A stretch of 64,000 nt of DNA from Octopus sinensis (lineage: Eukaryota), in NCBI RefSeq assembly GCF_006345805.1, contig NC_042998.1, forward strand, positions 153,884,001 through 153,948,000, written 5' to 3'. A program made the translations under genes and the position numbers. This document shows positions 1-12,199 of the stretch, piece by piece. The notes under the pieces were generated by a model that made no database searches, had not been told where the DNA came from, and saw only the letters and a program-made list of their open reading frames with translations. Each line of letters opens with the position of its first letter. Positions within the stretch are counted from its first letter, which is position 1.

Positions 1-590
1 TTTCCAGCTCCTCTCTCCCTTCCTTTATCTCTCTTTACGCCTACTCTTTCTCTCTCTCTTGCATATCTTACTCTTTTTCTCATCTCTCTCCCTCCCTTTC
101 ATATCCTCCTCTTTTCTCACTTCTCTTTCCTTTCCTTTGCATCTCACATCTACCTCTCCTCCTGTCACCTCACCCTCTCATTCATATACTTCTCATTTGC
201 CCATTCTTCTCACTCCGTTTCTCCCTCTCTCTCACATCCTTCATCCTTTCCTGTCTCTCCCTCACTCTGTCTCTTTTTCTTGCCATCCTCTCCCTCCTTC
301 TGTCTGCCTCTCTTCCCCTCTTCTCCTTCACACTGCCTCTATTTCTCTTCCCCTCCTCTCCTTCACTCTGTCTCTTTTTCTATTCCCCTCCTCTCCTTCA
401 CTCTGTCTCTTTTTCTATTCCCCTCCTCTACCTTCCTGTCTCTTTAACACGCCACACTCCCTTGCTTTCCTCATAACAACCTCTCTATTTCCTTCATAGC
501 ACCTCTCTCTTTACTTCATATCTCCCTCTCTCTTTCCCTATTCCCCCTCTGTGTTTCTCCCTCTGTCTCTCATTACCTCTCTAGCCTCTA
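1..590. repeat. CT-rich low-complexity polypyrimidine tract
   Basis: Almost only C/T on the + strand. The 146-aa ORF here is S/L/P/F low-complexity. Similar in composition to the Penelope 3' UTR at 8800-9070 (opposite strand). Confidence 0.9.
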
Positions 591-617
591 CTCCCGCTCT
601 GGCCTTAAAAAACGAAG

Positions 618-1470
618 ATGGCACCAAAGTGGGAAAAGAAAGAATTAAATCTTCTGCTATGAGCGTGGGCAATTGCTAGTGGTGATCTGCCAAACAACAT
701 CATCACTGCTGCACTAAAGAACAATGGCTTTCACAGAACCATTGATCAGATAAAGCGGAAGAAGACTGAATTTATCCGGTCTTAAATGCTTGGATAACAT
801 AATTGAAAATTATTGTGGCAAGGCTAATAAGGATGGAGAAGACGAAAAAGAAAAGGAAACAAAACCCCGGAAGTCTCTGTAATCCAGAGGTTCCTCAAGA
901 AAATGTATCACCTACCCCAGTGAATGACCAGGCAGAGAAGGATAGGGGAGCCAAGGGAGCAGTAACTGGAAGCCACCCTGTGCCAGTGGTCCTACAAAGG
1001 AACGGAGTCCTCACCCCATTAGAAAAACAGAAGAAAAAAGGAAGGACGGAAAACGAAAATAAAGAAGGAAAGGAAGAGAAAGGAAAAGGCAAAACAACCA
1101 AAATTGAAACCCCAACCCACCAAACAAACAACAGAAAACCCCATGGAGGATACAACACCATCCAAACCCTTACAGGAAAGATGAAATCTGGAAGGCACCC
1201 AAGAACCTGTAAATTTTACCTGCAGGGCAAATGTTGGCATGGGGAGAACGGCAAAAACTACCGGTTTGCCCACCCGACACCCCGCCAGAACTACAGGGAA
1301 CTTAGAGAGAAAAACTTTACAGAGGAAAGACAAGAAATGTCTCCCAGGAAAACATTCAGAAAAGAAGGGTGATCCTCAGATGTTCTGTGCAACGCAGCAG
1401 CTGAGCAAGAGTCTTTTTTGTGCATGGCGCAAACAATTGTCCAGCAGCTAACCTGGCTTCGACAGGCACA
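618..1470 (+). pseudogene. LINE ORF1: N-terminal Myb/SANT(trihelix)-like domain and C-terminal CCCH-type zinc fingers, disrupted
   Basis: ATG at 618 reads MAPKWEKKELNLLL*AWAIASGDLPNNIITAALKNNGFHRTIDQIKRKKTEFIRS*. ORF 803..1372 contains CKFYLQGKCWHGENGKNYRFAHP (CCCH with the third C changed to Y). Confidence 0.7.
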
Positions 1471-1554
1471 ATGAAGGAACCTTGCCCACCATTATGTAAG
1501 TCTACCACAGTCAACAGACACAGGATGGCCTCCCCTAATGCTTGCACAGTCGTC

Positions 1555-4461
1555 AACCCAATACTTTTACTAAATACTGGGGGCCTGTTGCATCAAAATA
1601 AAAAAGAAATTTCTTTCTTCAGAGATCTTACTGCATGCAATCAAGCTCTATGCATAGCACTCGTGGAAACTCACCTCAGCCCTGATATAGAGGATGCAGA
1701 AGTACACGTACCAAACTATGCCATACTGCGAACAGACAGAAGGGAAAGGAGCCATGGTGGAGTTGCTATATGCATCCGTGATGACCTCACACCCCAGGTC
1801 TTACTGGCATATTCAAATTCGGTATGTGACACTCTAATTGTATACATAAGACAACATAATATAGTCATATGCAATACATATTGCCCACCAGATGCTCCAA
1901 ATCACATGGGCAAGTTTGAAGATTGCCTCAAGAATTAAAGAAATCCTCATGAATCAGGAACATCACGTGACCATATTTCTTATGGGTGATTTCAACTTCC
2001 TCAACGTCAAATGGCCCGAAGGTCTCATACTCTAAGGAATGACTCATTGAAAGAAAGCACAGGTGGAGTCCCTGTTCAACCTCACCAATACCTTATTCAT
2101 CGATCAAGCTGTACTCAGACCAAGTAGGGCAGATAACATTCTGGATCTCTGCTTCACGAACAATATGGACATCATTCATGATGTGAAAGTGACAATGACA
2201 TTAGTCTCGGATCACAACATAATAAGAGTTGTCTATGTTTGGGCCGAAAGTAACCAGAGACATACAGCCTAAAGGAAGCACCTGAAATCTCTCCAATCTG
2301 AACTTCCACAAAGCAGATTGGAAATCGATCCAAAAAGAGATCCTCAGAGAGGACTGGCCGAAATGTCTCTCCACACCAGACATTGACATGAAGCTATTGT
2401 TTTGCATGTCTTCTGTGCAAGCCATATGCCAGAAATATGTCGCAGAGCACAAGGCCAAAACAAATAGGAGCAAGATTCCAAGAGAGAGGAAGATCCTCAT
2501 GAGACGATGGACAAAGTAGCGAAACGTCCCACCTAAAAATAACACTGATGGAGATCGAGAAAAGGCTGCAACAATCCTATGTGAGGGAGAAAGCAGACAA
2601 AGAAGCCTGGGTTATAAAAAACATTAAATCAAACCCAAAGGCCTTCTTTAATTTCGCGAAAGAAACAGCCTCAGTACACTACAAGATAGGACCCCTCCTC
2701 CAAAAGGATGGCTCCATCACAGACAGTCCAACTAAGATCAGTGAGATACTGAATGTCCAGTTCAAAAGTGTCTTTACCACCCAGTTGGGACACAGAAAAG
2801 TGAACAATCCAGTGGACTTCTTTGCCGCCTCACCTATAACCAGCGAGGCAGTTACAATGGAATACATTGACATTAGCGAAGAAGACATAATACTAGCCAT
2901 AGATGAAGTGGACACAAACTCAACTGCTGGTCCAGATGTTTTCCCAGCAATCCTCCTCAAATCGTGTAAGCATGCCCTGGCAAAACGCCTCAAGCTTTCT
3001 TACGAATGGCAAAATGCCAAGTAAGCTGAAGGAGGGAATAATATGCCCAATACATAAAGGGGGAAGTAGAGCAGATGCCAAAAACTATAGGCCTATCTAT
3101 CTGACTTCACGCATCAGCAAAGTCATGGAACAGATAGTCAGAGTTAAACTAATCGCATTCCTTGAGGAAAATAACTTGCTGGGTGATACGCAGCATGGTT
3201 TTCAACCAGGTAGGAGCTGCCTGACCCAGCTCTTACAACATTATGACTGGGTGTTGAGGCAGTTACTCAACAAATCAAATGTGGACATAATATACCTTGA
3301 TTTTGCAAAAGCTTTTGACAAGGTGGATCATGGTATGATATGCCACAAACTGCGTGACCTTGGCATAGCTGGAAAACTTGGAGAGTGGTTACATGACTTC
3401 CTGAAAGATAGGAGTCAGGCTGTAGTGGCTAATGGAGCCACCGCTATCAATACATAAATAGTGAGCAGTGTTCCACAGGGTACTGTCTTGGGACCACTGC
3501 CTTTTATAGTGGCCCTCTCAGATATGCCCTCAAATGCCCGGATAGCCACTCTGGCAAGTTATGCAGACAATATGAAAGTCTCGCAGAAAATACAGAACCC
3601 CAGCGATGTTGCACACCTTCAGAAGGAGTTGGACTACAGATGGGCTGCGGATAATAATATGCAGTTTAATGCTGAAAAATTCCAGGCCCTGCGCTACCAG
3701 CATCCAAAACTGAATATGAAACTTACAGGGTACACCGGTCCACAGGGAATTTCAATCCCAGAGCCTAAGGCAGTGAGGGACCTGGGTATCGACATGATGA
3801 TACCTCTTTCCAAGTGCACATTACCAGGATGGCAGCAAAGTGCAGACGACTGGCTGGATGGATCCTAAGAACATTCAGAACCAGACATAAGGAAACCATG
3901 ATGGTCCTCTGGCGGATATTCATCCTCAGCCACCTGGATTACTGCTCACAGTTATGGTCACCCACCAGTGTGAAATTAACAGTGGACCTTGAAGTAATCC
4001 AGAGAAGATTCACAAAGAAGATCGTCTCTTTGCAACAGTTCAGCTACTGGGAAAGGTTGAAACAGCTAAGACTCTACTCACTGGAGAGAAGATGGGAGAG
4101 GTATGCAGTAATATATATCTGGAAGATCCTGGAAGGAACTGTGCCAAATTTTGGCATTGAAAGCTACACCAATGCCAGAACGGGACGACACTGCATAGTG
4201 CCAAAGATCCCAGCAATGCCATCACGCTTCAGGACCAGTTACTGCAACAGCCTGGGTTTCAATGGCCCACAGCTTTTTAATATTCTCCCAAAGAGTCTGA
4301 GGAACTTGCACAAAGTAGATGTAGGGGTTTTTAAATCAAAGCTGGACATTTTCCTGTCGAGAGTCCCAGATGAACCTACCTCACAGCAAGAGGTGCAAAT
4401 AAGGGTAGCTATATCAAACTCCATGCTTCACCAAGTGCCACATATTAGAGGAGGCTTTTAG
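1555..4461 (+). pseudogene. LINE ORF2: apurinic-type endonuclease plus reverse transcriptase, multiple stops and frameshifts
   Basis: APE motifs LLLNTGG, IALVETHL, GGVAI, MGDFN, ILDL, SDHN. RT motifs NYRPI.LTS, QHGF, YLDFAKAFDKVDH, VPQGTVLGP, YADN(D). C-terminal [10 protein letters not shown]. Confidence 0.93.
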
Positions 4462-4536
4462 TAGTAACAGTGTAGCAAAACGGTGGTGCATCAGCAAGGT
4501 CGCAGCTCTGAACTGAAACTACAGAAAAAATATATA

Positions 4537-4870
4537 GGCAGATGGCTCAGTGGTTGGATCGTCGAGCTTACAATCATGAGGTTGTGAGTTTGAATCCCGG
4601 ACCAGGCTGTGTGTTGTGTTCTTGAGCAAGACACTGTATTTCACATTGCTCCAGTTCACTCAGCTGTAGAAATGAGTTGCGACATCACTGGTGCCAAGCT
4701 GTATCGGCCCCTTAGCCTTTCCCTTGAATAACACTGCTGGTGTGGAGAAGGGAGGCTGATATGCATGAGCGACTGCTGGTCTTCCACAAACAAACTTGCC
4801 CAGACTTGTGCCTGGGAGGATAACTTTCTAGGTGCAAACCTACGGTCAGTCATGACCGAAGGGAGTCTCA
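4537..4870 (+). mobile_element. tRNA-derived SINE
   Basis: Pol III A box TGGCTCAGTGG and B box GAGTTTGAATCC, then a CORE-like body (TGTTCTTGAGCAAGACACT...CAGCTGTAGAAATGAGT), ending in a TA-rich repeat. Confidence 0.8.
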
Positions 4871-4871
4871 G

Positions 4872-5240
4872 CATATGTATATATGTATATATATATGTAT
4901 ATATGCATATATATATATGTATATAATTATGTATATATGTGTGTATATCTGAATGTATATATATATGTGTATATACGTATGTATATACATATACATCTAT
5001 GCACATATATACATAGATATACACATATATAGACATATACATCTATGCATATACATGCATATATACATACATATACATCTATATACATATACAAATACAC
5101 ATACATACATACATATATATATACATATACATAGATATACACACACACACACATATATATACATAGACATACACATATACATGTATACATACAGATATAT
5201 ATATAGATATGTATATATGTATATATATATGTACGCATAA
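4872..5240. repeat. Compound (TA/CA/TG)n microsatellite
   Basis: Direct reading. Confidence 0.95.
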
Positions 5241-5259
5241 ATCTATGTATGTTTTTCAT

Positions 5260-6201
5260 CTAGTTTCAGCTCAGATGTATATTATAGCGTATCTTTCTCG
5301 TCTATGCTCTAAAGTCTTAATCTCTTGAGTCATTCCCAATAGCTTATATACTGCATAAAGACTATCTTCTTCATGTAGCTTTGTTGGATTGCCTCAAGTT
5401 CTGTGATTAATTTGACATTGGATGGTGACCATAGCTGAGAGCAATAGTCAAAGAGGACCATCATGGTTTCCTGGTCTCTTGTTCAAAAAGTTCTAAGAAT
5501 CCATCTGGTCAGCTGCCTGCATTTCATTGCCAATTTAGCAACATGCACACGAAAGCATACATCATTACTCATGTAACTGCCCAGGTCTCGCACTGACTGT
5601 GCCTCTGGGATTGCAATCCCACCAGGTCCACTGTACTTATTGCGTATTGCATTTAGTTTTGCATGCTGATAGCACAAGGCTTGAAACTTTTCAGCATTAA
5701 TCTGTATGCTATTCTTTTCAGCCCACTTGTATATTTCATCCAGCTCACATTGCAGGTGCATAGTGTCTTCAGGATTCTATATTACCTGTGAGAATTTTGT
5801 ATCATCTGCATAACTTGTGATCGTGGCTCTCTGTGTGGCTGAGGGCATATCTAAGGGGGCCATTATGAACAGTAGTGGTTCCAAAACAGTGCATTGCGGA
5901 ACACTGCTCACTATTTGCATATCATTGGAGGTGGCCCCATTGGCTACTACCACCTGACTTCTATCCTTCAGAAAGTCACGAAGCCATTCTCCCAATTTTC
6001 CAACAATGCCGAGATCACGCAGTTTGTGACATATCATTTCATGATCGACTTTATCAAAGGCCTTTGCAAAGTCAAGATATATCACTTACACATTTGAGTG
6101 GTTGAGCAGCTGTTTCAGCACCCAGTCATAGTGTTGTAAGAACTGAGTGAGGAAGCTTCTTCCTGGTCGAAAACCAAGTTGGGTGTCAGGCAGCAAGTCA
6201 T
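5260..6201 (-). mobile_element. 5'-truncated, internally deleted copy of the CR1-group LINE
   Basis: Minus ORFs with YLDFAKAFDKVDH and YADDTK. The 3' terminus CTGAGCTGAAACTAG is fused directly to the RYAIIYI-coding region. Confidence 0.88.
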
Positions 6202-6576
6202 ATATATATATATACATATACATCTATATACATATACAAATACACATACATACATACATATATATATATATAATATATATATATATATTAGAAGTTTTGG
6301 AGATGATGTACAGGTATTATATATTAGAAGAAATAAGGTACACAGAAATCTGAATGCTTTTATATTTACAGATAATTATTAATATGTCACATGTTTTTTA
6401 TAAATCATATATTAGTGCTTGCATCCACTCTAGAGGAGTCATCAGATTGAGCTTTTTCAGGAATTTTGTCTCATTTTATAGTATTATTGAGTGTGTAGGG
6501 ATGGAGTGAGAGATATAAGATAGTACAAGAGAGTGAGGAATGGGGAAAAAGTGAGAGTGTGCGTGTGTGCTGTTGT

Positions 6577-6940
6577 ATCTGAAAGGAGTGTCAATGGAAA
6601 AGAGAAGGAAAGGAAGAAGGAAGAGAGAAAGAAGAAAAAATATGTTGACATCTTTGCAGCTGGTCAGTTCTTTCAATAGAAAGTGATTCTTGGCTTTTAG
6701 AAATGTCAAACCCAGGTGGCCACTTCAAGGGAGATAAATGTTATTTTTCAAAAAATTGTCTGAATTTCTTGAGAGAGAGAGAGAGAGAGAGTGTGTGTGT
6801 GTGTGTGTGCGCGCGCGCACATCTGAAAGGAGTGTCAATGGAAAAGAGAAGGAAAGAAAGAAGGAAGAGAGAAAAAAGAAATAAGTGTGTTGACATCTAT
6901 ACCGCTGTTCAGTTCTTTCAATCCAATGTTTGATTCCTGT
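6577..6940 (+). repeat. Diverged direct repeat of about 110-120 bp, period 244 bp
   Basis: ATCTGAAAGGAGTGTCAATGGAAAAGAGAAGGAAAG... starts at both 6577 and 6821, each copy preceded by a GT/GA microsatellite. Confidence 0.85.
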
Positions 6941-6987
6941 GCTGATATGGGTCGGAGAATCTGGATGTAAGATTGTTTTTATTTATG

Positions 6988-8110
6988 TACTAGCAGCATA
7001 GTCCAGCGTTGCCCGGGTATGTAAGAGCCCCTAGTAGGCAACGGCTAATCCCAATCTAGTCCTTTCCCTCTAGGGAACGAAGGCGCATGTGTAGGTTGCA
7101 ATGTCTTCTCTTCACTCCCAAATAACTATCAAACAGCTATCAATAATTCAACCCAACCAATTCCTACCTGGAAGAAATTACATTCGAGACTTTACCCCCA
7201 ACTTTACCCACTTCTACTAATAGCTGCTGCAGCCGCATGTTATTTGAATACTTTTTTTGTTTAAACTTTCTTTATAACTACCACCCCAAACGTTTTACCT
7301 TAAATTTTTGACATACCCTAAGGGTCCTTGGACGCTACTTGCAAACTCTTGGTTTATTATAAACCGCTTTTGTCGTGTGCACCAAAAAACCTTTTCCATT
7401 CGTTTGTTCAGTTTGGTCACTTTTGACTTTGTCGTTGTTGTCACTCACATTGCTGCCCGCTTTTTTGCCGTTTTTGTACATTTTTATATATTTTGGGATA
7501 CTTACCCCACGTGTTCCGAGAGTTAAAAAGGTCGAGTTGCGTCCCCTAGACAGTCTGTGGTTTGTGTTTAATACACAAATCGGTTTGCTATGTGTGCCAC
7601 ATATGATTTAATTAACCGATTTTTTCCAGTAATAAAGTATCCTATTGGAATAAAAAGAGCCATATAGCTCCTGGAGCAGACATGATGCTCGCTGTGAATT
7701 TCAAAAAATATTTCTGCCAATTTGTGAAAGATATTGTCGAAAATATGTCATCTTGAATTTGAATGCGATTTCCCAAAATGGCATGATTTTATCGATTTTT
7801 TCTGATGGTAAGGTATTGCATGGAAAACTAACGTTAGAATTAAGTTTCTTAGGGTAACATTAAGCTTCACCATGAGTTTGGTGAAAATCGATTGCAAGTT
7901 GCGAAAACTACAACAGAAAATGTGTCGCATATAAAAAGCTTAGATTCTCGACCCCATGTCGAATTTATCGATTTTTTTTCAGAACTGGGGGAACTTTTCA
8001 AAATTTTCGCTGCGTTAGTTTTGAATTATGACATTGGGCTATGTGTGTGTCAAGTTTCATCAGAATCGGTTGAAAGAGACAGACAAACTGCCATTTATAT
8101 AGAGAGAGAT
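6988..8110 (+). mobile_element. Non-autonomous Helentron/HINE (DINE-1-like) element
   Basis: Starts TACTAGCAGCATAGTCCAGCGTTGCCCGGG with a subterminal GC hairpin and ends ACAGACAAACTGCCATTTATATAGAGAGAGAT. Same terminal architecture as the copies at 12.2 kb and 63.0 kb. Confidence 0.6.
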
Positions 8111-8192
8111 ATGTACATATGTGTAGTACTGTGTGTGTATGTGTGTGCATGTTTAATACAATTTACTTTACAAAATTCCTTCTTCATCTAGT

Positions 8193-8342
8193 ATCATCAT
8201 CATCATCATCGTCGTTTAGCGTCCGTTTTCCATGCTAGCATGGGTTGGACGGTTCCACTGGGGTCTGTGAAGCCAGAAGGCTTCATCAGGCCCAGTCAAA
8301 TCTGGCAGTGTTTCTACGGCTGGATGCCCTTCCTAACGCCAG
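8193..8342 (-). mobile_element. 3' end of the RTE LINE (GAT-tailed)
   Basis: Reverse complement of the 56110-56262 terminus (GGAAGGGCATCCAGC...CCATGCTAGCATGG...GATGAT). Confidence 0.88.
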
Positions 8343-8364
8343 GTAAATATATATATATATATAT

Positions 8365-9706
8365 ACATGGGGAGCTTTATGAAAATAGACAAAAGACGAA
8401 GGCAGGTTTACGGAAATAAACAAAAGACGAAGGCAGGTGGAATACAAACAAACAATTGTATTAGTATGGCACTCAGGAAATATAAATGAAACAAGTCTTT
8501 AACGTTTCAAGCCTACGCTCTTCAACAGAAAGATACACAGAGAAAAAACACAAAAAGAAGGAGAGAAAAAAATATGCGTGCAGAAGCTAGCGAATCAACA
8601 TGGCGATCTGATTTCGGCCAGAAGTCAAAGATCAAACATGAGACGCAAGAGCGAAATTAGGGGAGATAATAGGGTTGAATGACCTCGCTCAAACATAAGA
8701 GTGTGTGTGTGTGTGTGTGTGTGTATGAGAAGAGTGTGTGTGTGTGTGTATGAGAGAGTATTAGTGCGTATGAGAGGTCTAGACGTGTGTATGTATATAT
8801 GATGTGATGTGTAAAGTCGTATGGTGTAGTGTAGTGAGAGGAGAAGAGGGGAGGGGGAGAAAGAAAGGGGAGAAGGAAAGGGGGAGAAGGAAAGGGGGAG
8901 AAGAGGAGGGGGGAAGGAAGGAGAGAAGGGGAGTGAGGGAGCAGAGGGAAGGGGAAGAGGGAAGAAGGAGGGAGGGAGAAAGCGGGAAGAAGGGAAGAGG
9001 AGTAGGGGTGAAAGGACTGAAGAGAAGTAGGGGTCGGGGGGGAGGTTAGATGAGGAGGTGGAGAGGGGGTGTTAGATGAGGAGGGGGGGAGAGTTGAGAC
9101 CAAATGGCGTATAAGAGCGAAGAGAGAAGATTAATTCCTGTTCACGGTGCAAACGGGAATCCGGATGGCCTCTGTGTAAGGACAAACTGAACACAGACAG
9201 GTGTTGCAAGGAGTGACCGGTGGAGCGGAAATGGCGTGAGACCGGTGTGTCGTTCGCAAGGTGGATGTCACGAAGGTGTTCCGCGAACCGGTCAGCCAAG
9301 CGGCGTCCCGTTTGTCTGATGTACAGGGAATGGCAGAGAGAGCAAGAGACGCAATAGATAATATTGCTGGAGGTGCAGGTGAAGGAGTTGATGATGCGAA
9401 AGGGTCGATGATGGGTGCCAGTGAGGAGGGTGGTGTTGGAGAGGTAAGGGCAAGTGCGGCAACGTGGGCGGGAGCAGGGGAATGAGCCAGGTTGGGAGGT
9501 AGGGTCAGGGAAGGAGCTATGGACCAAAAGGTCTCGAAGGTTATGGGCTCGTTTGAAAGAGGGGAGGAGTCGGTTAGGGAAGAGGTGTGAAGTGGACGGG
9601 TCGGACTGGAGATGACGGAAAGCTCGAAGAATGGTGCGTTGGAGAGGTAGGGTCGTGGGGTGGTAAGTGAGGGGAAAGGGAGGCAGGAGACTGAAGTGTT
9701 CGAAGA
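8365..9706 (-). mobile_element. Penelope-like element 3' part: GIY-YIG domain, CT-rich UTR and terminal repeat with a degenerate hammerhead
   Basis: GIY-YIG ORF 9072..9527. Hammerhead-like motif at 8497-8532. The 5' side is cut by the RTE starting at about 9707. Confidence 0.85.
9072..9527 (-). pseudogene. GIY-YIG endonuclease domain of a Penelope-like retroelement
   Basis: CSRPRCRTC...FTCTSSNIIYCVSCSLCHSLYIRQTGRRLADRFAEH...REQELIFSLRSYTPFGLN. Confidence 0.88.
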
Positions 9707-11522
9707 AGGCGTATGGCCCTGACCAGGAAAATTCACCAGCTGTTTCACCTCATCTGGATGCATGAGACAGTGCCTCAAGACTTCAAGGACGCCTCCATCA
9801 TCCACCCCTACAAGCGTAAGGGAAACCACCAGGTCTGCGACAAACATCGCGGAATTTCATTGCTGTCCATCACAGGTAAGATCCTGGCTAAAGTTTTGCG
9901 GAACCACCTCATTGCACACCTAGAGCAAGGACTCCTACCTGAGAGCCAGTGTGGCTTCCAGAAAGAGCATGGGACTATCAACATGGTGTTTGCTGCTAGA
10001 CAGCTGCAAGTGTCGGGAGCAAAACGTTGACCTCTACTCCACCTACATCGACCTGACTAAGGCCTTTGATACCGTTAGTAGAGAAGGTCTCTGGAGAATC
10101 TTGGCGAAGTATAGATGCCCCAGAAAATTCATTACCATTGTAAGACAACACGATGGCATGTTGGCAAGGGTACAGGACAACGGAGAGACCTCTGTTCCAT
10201 TCCCTGTCTCCAACGGAGTGAAACAAGGACATGTCCTTGCTCCCACCTTGTTCAGCCTTACATTCTCAGCCATGCTGACAGATGCTTTCAAGGACACAGA
10301 AATAGGCATCAGCAACAAGTACCGGTCCGACGGTTCAGTCTTCAACCTTTGGAGGCTCAAAGCAAAAAGCAAGGTTTCAGTCGACTCCGTCAATGATCTC
10401 CTGTTCGTCGATGACTGCGCTCTCAATGCTGCCACAAAGTCCAACATGCAGCAGAGCGTTGACTTGTTCTCTGGCACCTGCAACAACTCTGGCCTTACTA
10501 TCAATACAAAAAAAAATGAGGTAATGTATCAGCCAGCTTCAACCCGATCAACGAGAAGTGACTGAACGCAGTGGACAAGTTCACCTACCTTGACAGCACA
10601 CTCTCTAGAAATGTTGTTGTCGATGACGAAACCAACGCCAGACTTGCCAAAGCAAGCACTGCCTTCGGCAGTCTACACAGGACTGTCTGCAACAGGAGGA
10701 GGATCATCATCATGACAAAGATCAAGGTGTACAGGGCTGTTGTTCTCACAACGCTGCTTTACAGCTGCGAGTCCTGGATGGTCTATCAGCGTCATGCCAG
10801 GAAGCTGAACCACTTTCATACAATACGCCTCAGAAAACTTCTCGGCATAAAGTGGCAGGATAGGATCCCGGACACTGAGGTAATAATACGTGCTAACCTG
10901 CCCAGTATCCATACCTATTTTACTACCCACAAGGGGCTAAACACAGAGAGGACAAACAAGGACAGGCAAACGGATTAATTCGATTATATCGACCCCAGTG
11001 CATAACTGGTACTTATTTAATCAACCCCGAAAGGATGAAAGGCAAAGTCGACCTCGGCGGAATTTGAACTCAGAATGTAACGGCAGACGAAATACGGCTA
11101 CACATTTCGCCCGGCGTGCTAACGTTTCTACCAGCTCGCCACCCAGTATCCATACCATATTGATGCAGTCTCAGCTTCCCTGGGCAGGGTACGTAGCTCA
11201 TATGTAAGACAGTCAATTACTAAAAAGATTACTCTTTGGCGAGCTGCAAAAGGGAAAGCGCTCACAAGGCAGCTAGAAGAAGCGCTTTAAGGACACACTG
11301 AAAGCCATCAACATCAACCACGACACTTGGGAGCAGTCTACTCTAGACAGAGAAGGGTAGCAATCAGCTGTCCACAAGGGTACCAACACATGCGAGACCA
11401 ATAGAATTGCTGCTACAGAAGACCGCAGACAAGCCAGAAAGAACAGAGCTAACTCTGTAGCAGGTGCTACCATTCCCTTTCCACAATGTCAAAGACTCTT
11501 TCCGGCGCAGATTGGCCTCACA
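9707..11522 (+). mobile_element. 5'-truncated RTE-clade (BovB-like) LINE, decayed; a different family from the RTE at 52.6 kb
   Basis: RT motifs RGISLLSITGKILAKV, QCGF, IDLTKAFDTVSREGLW, GVKQG.VLAPTLF, LFVDDC, FTYL, VVLTTLLYSCESW. Confidence 0.9.
10916..11141 (-). mobile_element. tRNA-derived SINE inserted in the RTE, with a 15-bp target-site duplication
   Basis: TSD CCCAGTATCCATACC at 10901-10915 and 11142-11156. Head GGCGAGCTGGTAGAA...GAGTTCAAATTCC on the minus strand. Confidence 0.92.
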
Positions 11523-12199
11523 AAACAACTTTTAGTAATGGTAAATCCAGCTGGTCACTCCAAGGGGGGCATATATGTATAGTTTGTCCGTTGATGTGAC
11601 GAAGACCATCTATTCATCCTGAGGTGGGGGAGGGATAAGGGGAAATGAAAGTGTTACTTCTTGGGCTTGCCAATGATTACTATGCTGATAGGTAAGTGAA
11701 CAGAACAAATTTGCTATCTATAAATCTCTTTCAATGACCAATCACTTATCTGGAAAGACCTTGAAATCTATGCTGCCATCTGGTGATAATAAAAAGACTC
11801 AAAGGAGGTCTGCAACCAAATAATTTTACACAAAATAACACTTTGTAACTGAATCAGAGGAGGCAAAGATGCCTCTCCTTTACCTGACAATTTATGCACC
11901 ACATAGCAGAAATCACAAGCTAAGTATATCTCAAAGCAAACTCTTACACTGTTGTACCATTGAATTACAAATGATGCTCATCATTTATGCTCGGGTGACC
12001 CTACAGCTTCCAAGAGTACAACTGCATTCGTCTTTGCTTATTCAGTAATTTTGGTCCATGAAATTGTATGAAACATATGGTATTACCCTTCTCCCTAGGC
12101 TTGGATTTTGTGTTCCAAATTTCATTAGGATCAGTGCAGTAGTTTTCAAGTCTATAAGTAACACACGAACACACATAAAGGCATTGACATGTGTGTGTA

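Larger units (their letters stand above)
598..4530 (+). mobile_element. Near full-length, decayed CR1-group (CR1/L2/Crack-like) non-LTR retrotransposon
   Basis: ORF1 then APE-RT ORF2 in several frameshifted pieces. 3' end GGTGGTGCATCAGCAAGGTCGCAGCTCTGAACTGAAAC plus an A-rich tail, shared with other copies in the window. Confidence 0.92.

Noticed and set aside
59-499. 146-aa ORF
   Set aside because: Low-complexity translation of a CT tract.
4537-4620. tRNA gene at SINE heads (also 11141, 43538, 56680)
   Set aside because: A/B boxes are present but there is no complete cloverleaf, and each continues into a repeated SINE body.
8800-9070. G-rich tract with G-quadruplex/triplex potential
   Set aside because: Explained as the low-complexity 3' UTR of the Penelope element. 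Nothing indicates function.
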